Shown: positions 1 to 15,039, numbered from the stretch's first letter. The stretch is 64,000 nt of DNA from Mobula hypostoma (GCF_963921235.1 NC_086102.1:161634001-161698000); one strand, 5' to 3'. Numbers and translations are program-made. Notes: generated from the letters alone by a model not told the origin.

Positions 1-3000
1 GTGGACCCACCACGAATTAGCATGGATCCACAATATAAGGACGTTCTCGTAGTGCATGCAGATGAATCCTTCAAAATTGAAGCTGATGTTTATGGCAAAC
101 CAATACCTTCAATCCAGTGGATGAAAGGAGACCAAGAACTTGCAAATACAGCTAGACTTGAAATTAGAAATACTGACTTTAATACAGTTCTGTCTGTGAA
201 GGAATCCATTCGTGTAGACAGTGGACCCTATACCCTTTTGGTAAAGAATGTAGCTGGTCAAAAATCAGTAACTGTTAACGTGAAGGTGCTAGACAAACCA
301 GGACCACCAGAAGGGCCAATCGCTGTAAGTGGAATAGCTGCTGAGAAATGCACATTAAGCTGGAAGCCACCAATACAAGATGGCGGTAGTGACATTTCAC
401 ATTATATTGTTGAAAAAAGGGAAACAAGTCGTTTAGTTTGGACATTAGTTGACTCTAATGTACAAACTTTAAGTTGCAAAGTTACCAAACTTCTGGAAGG
501 AAACGAATATATCTTCCGTGTTATGGGTGTAAACAAATATGGAGTAGGTGAACCCCTTGAATCCGAACCTGTAATAGCGAAGAATCCGTTTGTCTGCCCT
601 GATGCACCAAAGACACCTGAGGTTACAGCTATCGCGAAGGATTCAATGATTGTTGCATGGGGAAGACCAGCATCCGATGGTGGTAGTGAAATTCAAGGCT
701 ACATTTTGGAAAAACGGGACAAAGAAGGAATACGGTGGACCAGGTGTAACAAACGACTTATTAGTGAACTACGTTTCAGAGTTACTGGACTTATTGAAAA
801 TCATAATTATGAATTTAGGGTATCTGCAGAGAATGCTGCTGGTGTCAGTGAACCAAGTCCGTGCTCCATTTTCTATAAGGCAACTGATCCAGTCTACAAA
901 CCTGGGCCACCAAACAATCCTAAAGTAATTGATTTTACAAAATCTTCTGTTCTCCTATCCTGGGGAAAACCTATTTATGATGGTGGATGTGAAATCCAAG
1001 GATATCTTGTCGAGATGTGTGATGTAAGTACTGATGAATGGACAATGTGCACATCATCGACTGGGATTACGCAGACCCGATTTGAAGTGGATAAGTTGCT
1101 GGAAAAACATGAATACAAGTTCCGTGTCTGTGCTATAAATAAGGCTGGGGTTGGTGAACACGCCGACTTCCCAGGAACTGTGCTTTTGGAAGATAAATTA
1201 GAAGCCCCAGATCTTGACCTTGATGCAGATCTAAGGAAGATTATTAATGTCAGAGCCAGTTGTTCTTTGAGATTATTTGTTCCCATTAGAGGCCGGCCAG
1301 CTCCAGAAGTCAAATGGACCAAAGCAGATGGTGAAGTAAGAGACACTGCACAGATTGAAGTTTCTGAAAGTTATACACTACTTGTAATTGATAATGTTAA
1401 CAGATATGATTCTGGCAAATACATATTAACCTTGGAAAATAGCAGTGGTACAAAATCTGCCTTTGTTAATGTGAGGGTCCTTGATACACCAAGCCCACCA
1501 GTTAATCTTAAAGTCAAAGAGGTAACAAAAGACAGTGTCACTTTATCCTGGGAACATCCTCTATTGGATGGAGGTGCCAAAATTAAAAATTTCATCGTAG
1601 AAAAGCGAGAATCTACAAGGAAGGCATACTCGGCTGTTATTACCAACTGCCACAAGACATCTTTTAAGGTAGAAAAACTTCAGGAAGGTTGCAATTACTA
1701 TTTTAGAGTAACTGCTGAAAATGAGCATGGAATTGGATTACCTGCAGAAACTGCTGACCCGGTTAAAATATCTGAAGTGCCACAGCCTCCAGGAAAAATA
1801 ACGGTGGTCGATGTGACAAGAAAATCTGTGTCTCTTACATGGGAGAAGCCAGAACATGATGGTGGTAGCAAAATTATCCAATACATTGTTGAAATGCAAA
1901 CAAAAGGTAGTGAGAAGTGGTCGGCATGTGCTCATGTGAAGACACTTGATGCAACGATCACTAACCTGGCACAAGGAGAGGAATATCTGTTTAGAGTCAT
2001 AGCAGTAAATGAAAAAGGCAAGAGTGACCCAAGAGCTCTTGCAGTGCCAGTGGTTGCTAAAGATCTTGTGATAGAACCAGATGTCAGACCAGCATTTAGT
2101 AGTTACAATGTACAGGTGGGTCAAGACTTAAAAATAGAAATCCCTATATCTGGACGTCCTAAACCAAGTATTACATGGACAAAGGATGGTCAGCCACTCA
2201 AGCAGACAACTAGAGTCAATGTTATTGACTCTGATGATTGTACAGTACTAAACATCAAGGAGTCAATCAAAGATGATCATGGATTGTACAATATCACAGT
2301 GGCTAATGTTGTTGGCCAAAAATCAGCATCCATTGAAATAATAACACTTGATAAGCCTGGCCCACCAAGTGGCCCTGTGAGGTTTGATTCAGTCAGTGCT
2401 GAAAGCATCTCAATTTCTTGGGATCCTCCAAGCTTTACTGGTGGCTGTCAGATAACTAACTACGTAGTTGAGAAGAGAGATACAACTACCACAACCTGGG
2501 AAATAGTTTCGGCTACAGTTGCTAGAACAAGTCTGAAAATAACCAAACTTAAAACTGGAGCTGAATATCAGTTTAGAATATTTGCTGAAAATAGGTATGG
2601 TAGAAGTTTTGCTTTGGATTCTGAGGCAATTTTAGCACAGTATCCATTTAAAGAGCCTGGTCCACCAGGTACACCTTTTGTAGCAACTGCTAGCAAGGAC
2701 AGCATGATAGTCCAGTGGCATGAACCTATTAATGATGGAGGTAGCAAAGTCCTAGGATATCACCTGGAGCGTAAAGAAAGAAACAGTATTCTTTGGACAA
2801 AGGTCAATAGAACTATAATACAGGATACCAGATACAAAACTACAGGACTTGAAGAAGGCATTGAATATGAATTCAAAGTTTATGCTGAAAATATTGTTGG
2901 TATTGGAAAACCCAGCAAAGTTTCAGAGTGCTACTTTGCTCGTGATCCATGTGATCCTCCGGGCTGTCCAGACGCCATTATTGTTACCAGAAATTCAATA

Positions 3001-6000
3001 ACACTTCAGTGGACAAAACCAGAATATGATGGTGGAAGCATTATTACCGGATATATAGTAGAAAAGCGTGACCTACCTGAAGGTCGCTGGATGAAGGCAA
3101 GCTTTACAAATGTAATTGAAACCCAATTTACTGTAACTGGTCTCACAGAAGATGACAGGTATGACTTCAGGGTTATTGCCAAGAATGCTGCAGGTACGTT
3201 TAGCAAACCGTCTGATAATACTGGGCCCATCGTTGCAAAGGATGAAGTCGAGCTACCTAGAATATCCATGGATCCAAAATACAGAGATACAATAGTGGTG
3301 AACGCAGGTGAAACATTTAAGTTAGATGCTGATATTCATGGCAAACCATTACCCATTATACAGTGGATAAAAGGTGAAAAAGAAGTTGAAGAGTCAGCAA
3401 GACTTGAAGTTAAAAATACTGATTTTAAAGCTTTACTTGTAGTTAAGGATGCAATCAGAGTTGATGGTGGGCAGTATATTCTTCAAGCTTCTAATGTAGC
3501 TGGTACAAAATCTGTATCAATTAATGTAAAAGTTTTGGACAGACCAGGACCTCCAGCAGGTCCGATCCGAATCACTGGTGTCACAACTGAAAAATGTTCA
3601 TTATCCTGGAGTGCACCAGAACATGATGGTGGAAGTGAAATTTCACATTATATTATTGAGAAAAGGGAAACTAGTCGCTTAGCTTGGACTGTTGTGACAT
3701 CAGATGTCAAAGCTACAATGCATAAAGTTACTAAGCTTTTGGAGGGTAATGAATATATCTTCCGTGTAATGGCTGTCAACAAGTTTGGTGTGGGCGAATC
3801 CTTGGAGTCTGCATCTGTCCTAATGAAGAATCCATTTGTACCTCCTGGTCCACCAAAATCTTTGGAAGTGACTAATATTGCGAGAGACTCAATGACTGTC
3901 TGCTGGAATAGACCAGATGACAATGGTGGCAGTGAAATTACTGGTTATATCCTAGAGAAGAGGGATAGAACTGGAATTAGGTGGACAAAATGCAACAAAC
4001 ATAACATAACAGATTTACGCTTCAGAGTTACAGGTCTCACAGAAGATCATGAATATGAATTTAGAGTATCTGCTGAAAATGTTGCTGCAATTGGTGAGCC
4101 AAGTCAGCCAACAAATTTCTATAAAGCATGTGATCCAATTTACAAGCCTGGAGCACCATCAAATCCACGTGTTGCCGACACGTCAAAAGATTCTATTGTA
4201 CTTATTTGGGGCAAGCCAATTTATGATGGAGGCAGTGACATTCAAGGATATATAGTGGAAATCCGTAAGGCCGATGAAGAAGACTGGACAATGTGTACAC
4301 CACAATCTGGAGTCCAAGCGAATCGCTTTGAAATTAGAAAACTTACTGAACATCAAGAATACAATGTTCAGGTATGTGCCATCAATAAAGTTGGGGTTGG
4401 TGAGCCAGCAACAGTGCCTGGTACAGTAAAACCTGAAGATAAACTTGAACAACCAGAAGTTGAACTCACAGCAGAGTTGAGAAAAGGAATCACAGCAAGA
4501 GCTGGCAGTACCATCAGAATATTCACACCAATTAAAGGGAGACCTGTGCCTGAGATCAGTTGGTCAAAGGATGAGGGTGAGCTATCTGAAAAATCTCAAA
4601 TAGAAAAGGGTCTGAATTATACTCAGGTAACAATAGACAACTGTGATAGAAATGATGCTGGGAAATACACCCTGACTTTAGTGAACAGCAGTGGAACTAA
4701 GTCTGCATTTGTTACAGTAAAAGTTCTTGACACACCTGGAGCTCCACAAAACTTAACAGTAAAAGAGATAAAGAAAGATTCAGCTACATTGGTATGGGAA
4801 CCACCTATTATTGATGGAGGTGCAAAAGTTAAAAACTATGTTATTGATAAGCGAGAAGCAACCAGAAAAGCTTATGCTAATGTAACTACTAAATGCAACA
4901 AATGCAATCTCAAAATTGACAATCTAACTGAAGGATCTATTTACTATTTCCGAGTAATGGCAGAAAATGAGTTTGGTGTGGGTGTACCTGTTGAGACTAC
5001 GGAAGCTGTTAAGGCTTCTGAACCGCCTTTACCTCCAGGAAAGATCACCCTTGTAGATGTCACTCAAAAGACTGTGTCACTCATTTGGGAAAAGCCTGAC
5101 CATGATGGAGGTAGCAGAATCATGGGATACTTAGTAGAAATGCAGCCTAAAGGATCTGACAATTGGGGTGTTGTTACCCAATCCAAAACTTGTGATGCAA
5201 TCATTTCTGGTCTCAGTTCAGGGCAGGAATATCTTTTCCGTGTAATTGCTTTCAATGAAAAAGGGAAAAGTGATCCTAGACTCTTGGCTGTACCAGTGAT
5301 AGCCAAAGATCAGAGTATAGCACCTGATTTCAGACTCCTATTCAACACGTATAGTGTTCAAGCTGGGAAGAATCTAAAGATTGAAGTTCCATTTATTGGA
5401 CGTCCTAAACCTAAGATTTCATGGATGAAAGATGGGCAGCCACTGAAACAAACAACAAGAGTTAATGTGGATGATGCAGCAACAGCTACAACCCTTCTTA
5501 TAAAAGAAAGTCAAAGGGACGACCATGGAAAGTATTCAGTAACTGCTACAAATGCTGCTGGAACAGTAACTGAAGAGATCAGCATCATTGTGCTTGATAA
5601 ACCAGGTCCACCCATTGGACCTGTAAGATTCGATGAAATCAGTGCAAATTACATTGTAATATCATGGGATCCACCAGAGTACACTGGAGGATGTCAAATT
5701 AACAATTACATTGTTGAGAAGAGGGACACAACTACTGTTACTTGGGACCTGGTGTCTGCAACTGTGGCACGGACTACAATTAAAATTGTGAAACTTAACA
5801 CAGGATCTGAATACCAGTTCAGGATCTTTGCTGAAAACAGATATGGAAAGAGTTCATCTTTAGATTCTTCATCAGTTGTTGCACAGTACCCATACAAGCA
5901 ACCTGGACCACCAGGAACTCCATCTGTGTCATCTGCCACAAAGGACACTATGTTTGTGCAATGGAATGAACCAGTGATTGATGGTGGAAGTAAAATTTTA

Positions 6001-9000
6001 GGTTACCATCTTGAACGCAAAGAAAGAAACAGTATTCTCTGGACAAAATTAAACAAAACAATTATTCAGGATACACATTACAAGTGCAATAATCTAGAAG
6101 AAGGTATTGAATATGAGTTCAGAGTATCTGCAGAGAATATTGTTGGCATTGGTAAAGTTAGCAAGGTATCAGAATGTTATGTAGCACGTGATCCTTGTGA
6201 TCCACCTGGCTGTCCTGAAGCAGTTGTTATCACAAGAAATTATGTTACTCTACAATGGAAAAAGCCTCAATATGATGGTGGTAGCAAAATTACTGGGTAT
6301 ATTGTAGAAAAGAAAGAACTTCCTGATGGTCGCTGGACAAAAGCTAGTTTTACCAACATAATTGAACCTGAATTCACATTTACTGGATTAACTGAAGATG
6401 CAAGATACGAATTTAGAGTAATTGCGAGAAATGCAGCTGGTATTTTCAGTGAACCATCTGAAAGTTCTGGACCAATTACAGCAAGAGATGAAATTGAAGC
6501 TCCAAGGGCTTCTATGGACCCCAAGTACAAAGATGTGATTGTTGTTAGTGCAGGAGAAACCTTTGTACTGGATGCTGACATCCATGGTAAACCCGTTCCT
6601 GATGTAACATGGGTTAAAGATGGCAAAGATATAGATACAACTGTTGCAAGAATGGAGATTAAATCCAGCATTCAGAAAACTAGCCTTACTGTCAAGGACT
6701 GCATTCGAACTGATGGAGGACATTATGTACTCAAGCTCAGTAATGTAGGTGGCGAGAAATCAATTCCTATAACTGTTAAGGTTCTCGATAGGCCTGGTCC
6801 TCCTGATGGTGTTTTGAAGATTTCTGGTGTCACTGCAGAAAAGTGCTACTTGGCTTGGAATCCACCTTCTCAGGATGGTGGTGCCAATATTTCTCATTAC
6901 ATAATTGAGAAGAGAGAAACTTCCAGACTTTCATGGACACAAGTAGCATCCGATGTGCAAGCTATTAGTCACAAAGTAACCAAGCTTCTTCCAGGTAATG
7001 AGTATATATTCCGTGTAATGGCAGTAAACAAATATGGAATTGGTGAGCCCCTGGAGTCTGAACCAGTTTTGGCTAAAAATCCATTCCACACACCAAGTGC
7101 ACCAACAGTACCTGAGGTTACAGCCATTACCAAAGATTCAATGGTTGTGACATGGGGACATGCTGAGGATGATGGCGGAGCTGAAATTGAAGGTTATATA
7201 CTAGAAAAGCGGGACAAAGATGGAATCAGATGGGTCAAATGCAATAAAAAAAGGTTGAGCGATTTAAGATTTAGAGCTACTGGCTTAACAGAAGGCCATT
7301 TCTATGAATTCCGTGTATCTGCTGAAAACGCTGCTGGTGTGGGTGATCCAAGTGAACCATCCATTTTCTACAGAGCCTGTGACGTAATTTATGTCCCTGG
7401 CCCACCAAACAATCCGAAAGTGATAGACACAACAAGATCTACAGTATCTCTTGCGTGGAGCAAACCAATTTATGATGGTGGAGCTAAAATTAAAGGCTAT
7501 ACTGTGGAGAGAAAAGAAGTTAACACTGAAGACTGGATCACATGCACACCTCCAACAGGTGTACAATTAACACATTTCACATTAACAGATTTAAAGGAAA
7601 ATACTGGGTATAATATCCGCATCTGTGCCATTAATTCAGAAGGAGCAGGGGAACCTGCTAATATTTCTGGTACAGTAATTGCAGCTGATTTGCTTGAACC
7701 CCCAGAAATTGAGCTGGATGCTAATCTCCGGAAGGTAGTGTGTGTACGAGCTGGTGGTACTTTGAGGTTATTTGTTCCCATTAAAGGCAGACCAGACCCT
7801 GAGGTAAAATGGGAGAAAGCAGAAGGTACTCTAAGTGAGAGAGCCCAGATTGAAGTGACAAGTTCCTACACCATGTTGGTACTGGATAATGTTAACAGAT
7901 TTCACAGTGGCAAGTATAATTTGACTCTGGAAAATAGCAGTGGTAGCAAATCTGCTTTTGTTAATGTCAGAATACTTGATTCACCTAGTAGTCCTGTGAA
8001 CCTACATATCAAAGAAGTGAGAAAAGATTCAGTAACTATATCATGGGAACCACCTGTCATTGATGGTGGGGCTAAGATAACAAATTACATTGTTGAAAAA
8101 CGTGAATCTACTCGAAAAGCATATGCTGCTGTTACCAACAATTGTACCAAAAACTCATTCAAAGTTGATTCATTACAAGAAGGTGGTATTTACTATTTCC
8201 GTGTAATGGCAGTTAATGAGTATGGAACTGGTTTGCCAGCAGAGACTACTGAACCTATTAAAGCATCTGAGGTGCCCTTGCCTCCAGGTAAAGTGACATT
8301 AGTAGATGTAACAAGAAATAGTGCAACACTTGCATGGGAGAAACCCGAACATGATGGAGGTAGCAAAATAACTTCCTATATTGTTGAAATGCAGACAAAG
8401 GGAAGTGAAAAATGGATTTCATGTGCCCAAGTAAAAGCACTAGAAACAACAGTAAAAGGATTAACCTCTGGCGAAGAATACACCTTTACTGTACGAGCTG
8501 TTAATGAGAAAGGAAAAAGTGATCCAAGACAATTGGGAGTACCAGTAATTGCAAAAGATATTGAAATTGAGCCAACTGTTGAGCTTCCTTTCAATAGCTT
8601 CAGTGTTAAGGCAGGTGATGATCTCAAGATTGATATACCAGTTAGAGGAAGACCTTTGCCAACTGTGACATGGAAGAAGGATGGTCAAGCTTTGAAACAG
8701 ACAACACGAATAAATGTCCAGACAACAAAGACATCAACTCTTTTGACCATCAAAGAAGCCATAAAGGAAGACGTTGGAAAATACGAACTAAATGTTTCCA
8801 ATAGTATAGCATCAAAAACTTACTTAATAAACATTGTTGTTCTTGACAAACCTGGCCCACCAAGTTCTATTCATATCGATGAAGTCAGTTCTGATTATGT
8901 AGTTATGTCTTGGACAGCACCAGAATATGATGGTGGTTGCCAAATTAATAATTACATTGTTGAAAAGAGAGACACCACTACAACAACATGGGAAACTGTT

Positions 9001-11503
9001 TCTGCCACTGTAGCAAGAACATCAATTAAAGTCACAGGACTTACAACAAGATCCGAATACCAGTTCCGTGTGTATGCAGAAAACAGATATGGCAAAAGCC
9101 ATTATTGTGAGTCTCCTTCTGTTGTTGCAGAATATCCATTTAAACTCCCTGGGCCTCCATCAACACCTATTGTTGAACATGCCACCAAAGCTTATATGAT
9201 TGTCAAATGGAATGAACCAGTTTCTGATGGAGGTTCTAAAATTATTGGATACCACCTTGAATGCAAAGATAGAAGCAGTATTCTGTGGACAAAGGTGAAC
9301 AGAGGTCCAATTAATGATACAAAAATGAAAGTAACAGGCCTTGAAGAAGGTCTGGCATACGAGTATCGTGTTTATGCAGAAAATATTGCAGGCATTGGCA
9401 GAGCCAGTAAAGTTTCTGAACCTGTTGCCGCAAGAGACCCATGTGACCCTCCAGGTCAACCTGAAGTAACGTATATTACCAGAACATCTGTTTCACTGTC
9501 TTGGACCAAACCAGAATACGATGGTGGTGCTAAAGTTACTGGTTATATTATTGAATCCAGGCTGCTACCTGATGGACGCTGGCTTAAATGTAACTTTACC
9601 AACATACAAGAAACGTATTTTGATGTTACTGGTCTTACTGAAGATCAGCGCTATGAGTTCCATGTAATCGCAAAGAATGCTGCTGGACTATTCAGTGAGC
9701 CATCTGAATCAACAGGTCCCATTACTGTAAAGGATGATATGGAAGCCCCAAGAATTATGATGGATGCCAAATTTAGAGAGGTTGTAGTTAAGGCAGGTGA
9801 AACTGTTAAATTTAATGCAGATATAGCTGGTCGTCCTCTTCCAGTGATATCATGGACAAAAGATGGCAAGGAACTTGAAGGACAAGCTAGAGTTGAAATT
9901 CAATCAACTGATAATAGAACTGCAGTTGTCATTAAAGACTGTATCAGACGAGACTCGGGACAGTATGTTGTAACACTACAGAATGTAGCAGGAACAAGAT
10001 CCCTAGCTGTTAACTGCAAGGTTCTTGATAGACCAGGTCCACCTGCTGGTCCTTTAGAGATAACCAGCTGTACATCTGAAAAGTGTTCTTTGTCATGGGC
10101 ACCACCTCAAGAGAATGGAGGAGCAGATATTGATCACTATATTGTAGAAAAGCGAGAAACAAGTCGCATTGCCTGGACATGTGTAACCGACAACTTACCA
10201 ACAACATCTTGTAAGGTAACTAAGTTGCTCAAAGGCAATGAATATGTTTTTAGAGTAATGGGGGTGAACAAATATGGAGTTGGTGAAGCTTTGGAGAGTG
10301 AACCTATAAAAGCTTTAGATCCATACATAGTTCCCGGTGCACCAAAATCAATTGAAATTACCAATGTCACAAAGAATTCTATGACTGTCTGCTGGGAAAG
10401 ACCTGACAGTGATGGTGGAAATCCAATTGCTGGATATATTATTGAAAGGCGTGAGAAAACAGGCTTACGCTGGATTCGAGTTACTAAGAAACCTGTGTAT
10501 GATCTCAGAGTAAAGGCTACAGGGCTTCGTGAAGGTGCTGAATATGAATACCGTGTGTATGCAGAAAATGCTGCAGGAGTCGGTCCTCCAAGTGACCCTT
10601 CAGTACTGATCTGTGCAAAAGATCCAGTTTTCATACCTTCTCCTCCATCCAGACCAAAAATAATTGATTCAACAAAAACAAGCATTACTATCAGCTGGAC
10701 AAAGCCACTGTTTGATGGTGGAGCAACTGTGACTGGGTACACAGTAGAGTATAAACAGTCTGAAGACACTGAATGGACAACAGCAATTCAGAATTTGAAA
10801 GGCACTGAGTATACAGTAGTTGGGCTTACATCTGGAATGGAATATCTTTTCCACGTAAGATCAATTAACAAAGTTGGTGTCAGTGATCCAAGTGAAACAT
10901 CAGAGCCGCAAATTGCAAAAGACAGAGAAGAGGAACCTGTGTTTGAAATTGATAATGAAATGCGTAAAACATTGATTGTCAAGGCTGGAAGTTCCTTTAC
11001 ATTAACTGTACCTTTTAGAGGAAAACCAGTACCTAATGTAATGTGGAGCAAACCTGATGTAGATCTCCGTGTAAGAGGAAGTCTTGAGGTCACTGATTCA
11101 AAAACATCACTGACAATTGAAAAAGCAACAAGGAATGATGGTGGTAAATACACAGTAACATTGCAGAATATTTTAGCTACTGCCACATTAACTCTGGGTG
11201 TCAAAGTCCTGGATTCACCTGGACCTCCTGGCAATATTATTGTAAAAGAAGTTACTAAGGAATCTGTAACACTGTCCTGGGATTTGCCAGAAATTGAAGG
11301 TGGTGCTCGAGTGAAGACTTACCATATTGAAAAGCATGAAGCGAGTAAGAAGGCATGGGTGACTGTAACAACTAATTGTCACCGTCTTACTTACAAAGTG
11401 ACTGACTTGCAAGAAGGTGGCATTTATTACTTCCGTGTCCGGGGAGAAAATGAGTTTGGTGTTGGCGTGCCTGTTGAGACCAAGGAAGGAGTTAAGATAA
11501 CAG
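1..11503 (+). CDS. TTN: Titin giant A-band exon, partial (approx. domains A83-A121; human exon 326 equivalent)
   Basis: Uninterrupted ORF of Ig-Fn2-Ig-Fn3-Ig-Fn3 super-repeats; phase-1 donor ACAG|GTAATT at 11503/11504. Confidence 0.97.
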
Positions 11504-12389
11504 GTAATTTATCTATTTATTATTGTTGCTTGAATATTTTCATTGTTATTAAACTATTCAAGGAGGCATTATTGTACATTGCACTTTCAAATTAGTACAG
11601 AACTTTTGCATAATTTCCAATGTTCCAAGTTACTTTTTTCAGTTAAGCCACTACATCAGCATTGTGGTACAGATAAATATAGTTTCTCAAGCATAGAGAT
11701 GATCAGCTTAGTGATCACTCAGAGGGCCTCCTGGTTACTTTCACATTGCAGGATTACAATGAACCATCTGCTAAATACAAGAGCAAACGGCTTTATGTTT
11801 AAATATAAATACGGCATGGTACAATAGTTGTGACCAGTGGGGATAAAAAAAAATTAGCATGACTACCTTTTAAGCTGTGTATGTGCCAATGTCTCCTCAA
11901 AGTGTGCAGGACTGAAAGGCAAAAGCAAACAGAAATTGGGCCTTGGGCTTCATTGGTGAGCTGCCATATTAGTAGAGCCTCCATAGCAGCTTGCCTGCTT
12001 GAAGAAAATAACAGGCACACCGCTTTGCTGAAAATAAACCTGGAAGAAGAGAGTGAGCGTTCTAGCATTTTGGAGTGTGCAAGATGAAATGATGGTGTAA
12101 TGTCAGTTGGCTCTCCTGCTTCTAGCACAACAGCATTACACAACAGTTAGTACTCAGTCAATCCCAGTATCCACTAAATTATCAAGATATTAGCAGCATT
12201 TTGTTGCTCAATTGTTATGATTCACAGCCTCTCAGAGAGAGCTGGCTTAAGCATTAGGAATATTTATTTATTTTTGTAAGGGTCATATTGGTTTGTGTGA
12301 CAGAGATACTTCATGAGATGGCTATTCAGTGTTGGGTTGAGTGGCTTAAATTAATATCGTCCCATTATATAACAGAATGTGGAATCAGA

Positions 12390-12900
12390 CTCACTGAATA
12401 TGGGAGGTAACTATTAGGCCAATTTGAATCTGCTCTGGTTGTCTGTGCATGTAACCCAGGTCAAATTCAGCTTTCCCTAGCAAATTATTTCTCAGTCACT
12501 GTACAAACTGTGAGTTGTCACATTACGAAAGAGTTTTTCCAAATGTTATCTCTGGTTCTTTGATCTATTGCCTTAATTCTGTTTTTAATTTCTTCCATCA
12601 ATGAAAACGTTTTAAATTTATTCACCTTAGCTGAGTTCTTAATAATTTTGAATACTCCTATTAATTCACCTCTGAACCTTTGGTGCTCAAAGGAGAATAA
12701 AGTTAGCTTCTTGAGTCTATCTCCATCAACTGAAATTCTACATCACCTTTCTAGTAAACCTTTTCTGGCATCATAACTGGAACATTTACATTCTTCCTAT
12801 TGTCTTGAATGCTGTAGTTGTGGCTAAACTAATATTTTATAGAAATTCATCATAACTACATTGATTTAACATTCTACAGTGCTTCTTTTTAAAAGGCATA
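12390..12900 (-). mobile_element. Highly decayed CR1-like LINE 3' fragment
   Basis: Residual resemblance to the CR1 3' ends elsewhere in the window; boundaries approximate. Confidence 0.4.
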
Positions 12901-13156
12901 GGATTATATATGTTTTAGTCAGGTATAGGTTTCTTTTCTCATTCCTAATATGATGCACTTCCAGTCTTTACCAGTTCATTTAATAAAGATAACATGTTTT
13001 AATGGAGTGAAAATAAAGTGGAGAAATAAAATATAGAGAAGCCAAAAGAAGTGCCCAAAATTTAGCAAAAAAAATTGTTTTAAGCAGTTAATTGTAATTA
13101 TTTTTTTTCTCGTGTTCTTAATTTAAGCAGTAATAATGTATTATATTCTTTTTCAG

Positions 13157-13453
13157 AAAATCCAAGCTCACCTGAGCGACTTGGAGTTACAAATGTAACA
13201 AAAGACAGTGTTTCACTTGCCTGGTCAAAGCCAGAACATGATGGAGGCAGTAGGATCACAGGCTACCTCATAGAAGCTCTTGAGAAAGGCCAGCAAAAGT
13301 GGGTTAAATGTGCCATTGTGAAGACTACACATCATGTTATACATGGTTTGAAACAAAATGTTGACTATTTCTTCAGAGTTTCTGCTGAAAATCAAGCTGG
13401 CCTAAGTGACCCGAAGGAAATGGTTCTACCAATAACAGTTAAAGAACAACTTG
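13157..13453 (+). CDS. TTN: Titin exon, Fn3 (A122)
   Basis: tttcag| ... |gtaatt; ENPSSPERLGVTNVTKDSVSLAW...; missing from the ORF track. Confidence 0.93.
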
Positions 13454-13625
13454 GTAATTATTTTTCAATTATCATGTTAACACTTGTCGTGTGAGTTATT
13501 ATATTTCATGTGGTTGTTTGAAGAAAAGGAAGCTTCAGGTATCTTAGTTTCAGGCCAGTAGCAATTTGAATTTTAGGATTTGCTCATTGAATTAGGCTAA
13601 TTTTTTTTATTCCAATTGTTTTCAG

Positions 13626-14213
13626 AATCACCCGAAATTGATATGAAGAACTTCCCTCGTAACACTGTTTATGTTCGGGCTGGATCTAATCTAAAATTTG
13701 AAATTCCAGTTTCTGGCAAGCCACAGCCTAAAATATCTTGGTCCAAAGATGGCACTCCTGTGAAGTCATCCATGAGATTTAACACCGAAATGACTGCAGA
13801 AAGCATTATTGTGAATCTAAAAGAAAGTGTTGCCAGTGACACTGGCCAATATGATATTACTGCTGCCAATTCCAGTGGAACTACAAAGTCCTTCATTAAC
13901 ATTGTCGTGCTGGACAGACCTGGACCACCAGTGGGCCCTGTGAATATTAGTGATGTCACTGAAGATAGTGTGACACTGAGATGGCAGCCACCGACGTATG
14001 ATGGTGGCAGTCAGGTGACAAATTACATTGTTTTGAAAAGAGAAACCAGCACAGCTGCTTGGTCAGAAGTATCTGCTATTGTAGCAAGAAGTTTAATCAA
14101 AGTCATGAAGCTGACTACTGGAGAGGAATATCAGTTCCGCATCAAAGCTGAGAACCGTTTTGGAATCAGTGATCATATTGACTCCAAGTGTGTCACGGTC
14201 AAATTGCCATATA
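13626..14213 (+). CDS. TTN: Titin exon, Ig+Fn3 (A123-A124)
   Basis: ttcag| ... |gtaagt; within ORF 13616..14287. Confidence 0.93.
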
Positions 14214-14311
14214 GTAAGTTATTTACTCTTGTTCCACAATTATTCATCTTAACAAAACATGTAATCCTTATCTGCTCACACCGCTAACTGTATATTTCCT
14301 GTGTTTTTCAG

Positions 14312-14614
14312 CAACACCCGGTCCTCCGTCAACTCCATGGGTTACTAATGTCACTAGGGAAAGTATAACAGTAGGTTGGAATGAACCTGTTTCTGATGGT
14401 GGCAACCATGTAATTGGCTATCATTTAGAAATGAAGGACAGGAACAGCATTTTATGGCAGAAAGCTAACAAGACCATCATCCGTACAACACACTTCAAAG
14501 TCACAAATATCAGTGGTGGACTTATCTATGAATTCCGTGTATATGCAGAAAATGACGCAGGAATTGGCAAAGTTAGCCATCCTTCTGATCAAGTTCTTGC
14601 AATTGATGCTTGTG
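14312..14614 (+). CDS. TTN: Titin exon, Fn3 (A125)
   Basis: ttttcag| ... |gtaggt; 303 bp. Confidence 0.92.
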
Positions 14615-14742
14615 GTAGGTATTCACTCAAATTGTGCTTTTGTTCTTTTCATTCCAGTGTAGAATTGGATTATTGCTTAGGCTAAGCCTATACTTGTTAA
14701 GTATGATAAGATAATTACGTTTCTGGCATGCCTGTTTTTCAG

Positions 14743-15039
14743 AGTTCCCATCCAATGTACGTGTAACAGATATTTCCAAGACCTCTGTCAGCCTCAGCTG
14801 GAAGAGACCAGCTTATGATGGTGGCAGCAAGATTACTGGCTACATCGTTGAAAAACGTGATTTGCCGAATGGTAGATGGACGAAGGCCAGCTTTACAAAT
14901 GTTATTGAGACTCAATTTACTGTATCAGGCTTGACTCAAGATGCACAGTATGAATTCCGCGTGTTTGCGAAGAATGCAATTGGTTCAATAAGTAATCCAT
15001 CTGAAGTTGTTGGACCTGTTACGTGCCATGATACCTTTG
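14743..15039 (+). CDS. TTN: Titin exon, Fn3 (A126)
   Basis: tttttcag| ... |gtaact; 297 bp. Confidence 0.92.

Noticed and set aside
1-11595. 3864-aa ORF as a standalone gene
   Set aside because: The start is the window edge (GTG = Val) and the tail after 11503 is intron read-through; it is part of one titin exon.
11799-12143. ORFs 11799..12143 (-) and 11881..12087 (+) as a nested gene or extra titin exon
   Set aside because: No Ig/Fn3 or other recognisable signature; the flanking titin domains join in frame without them.
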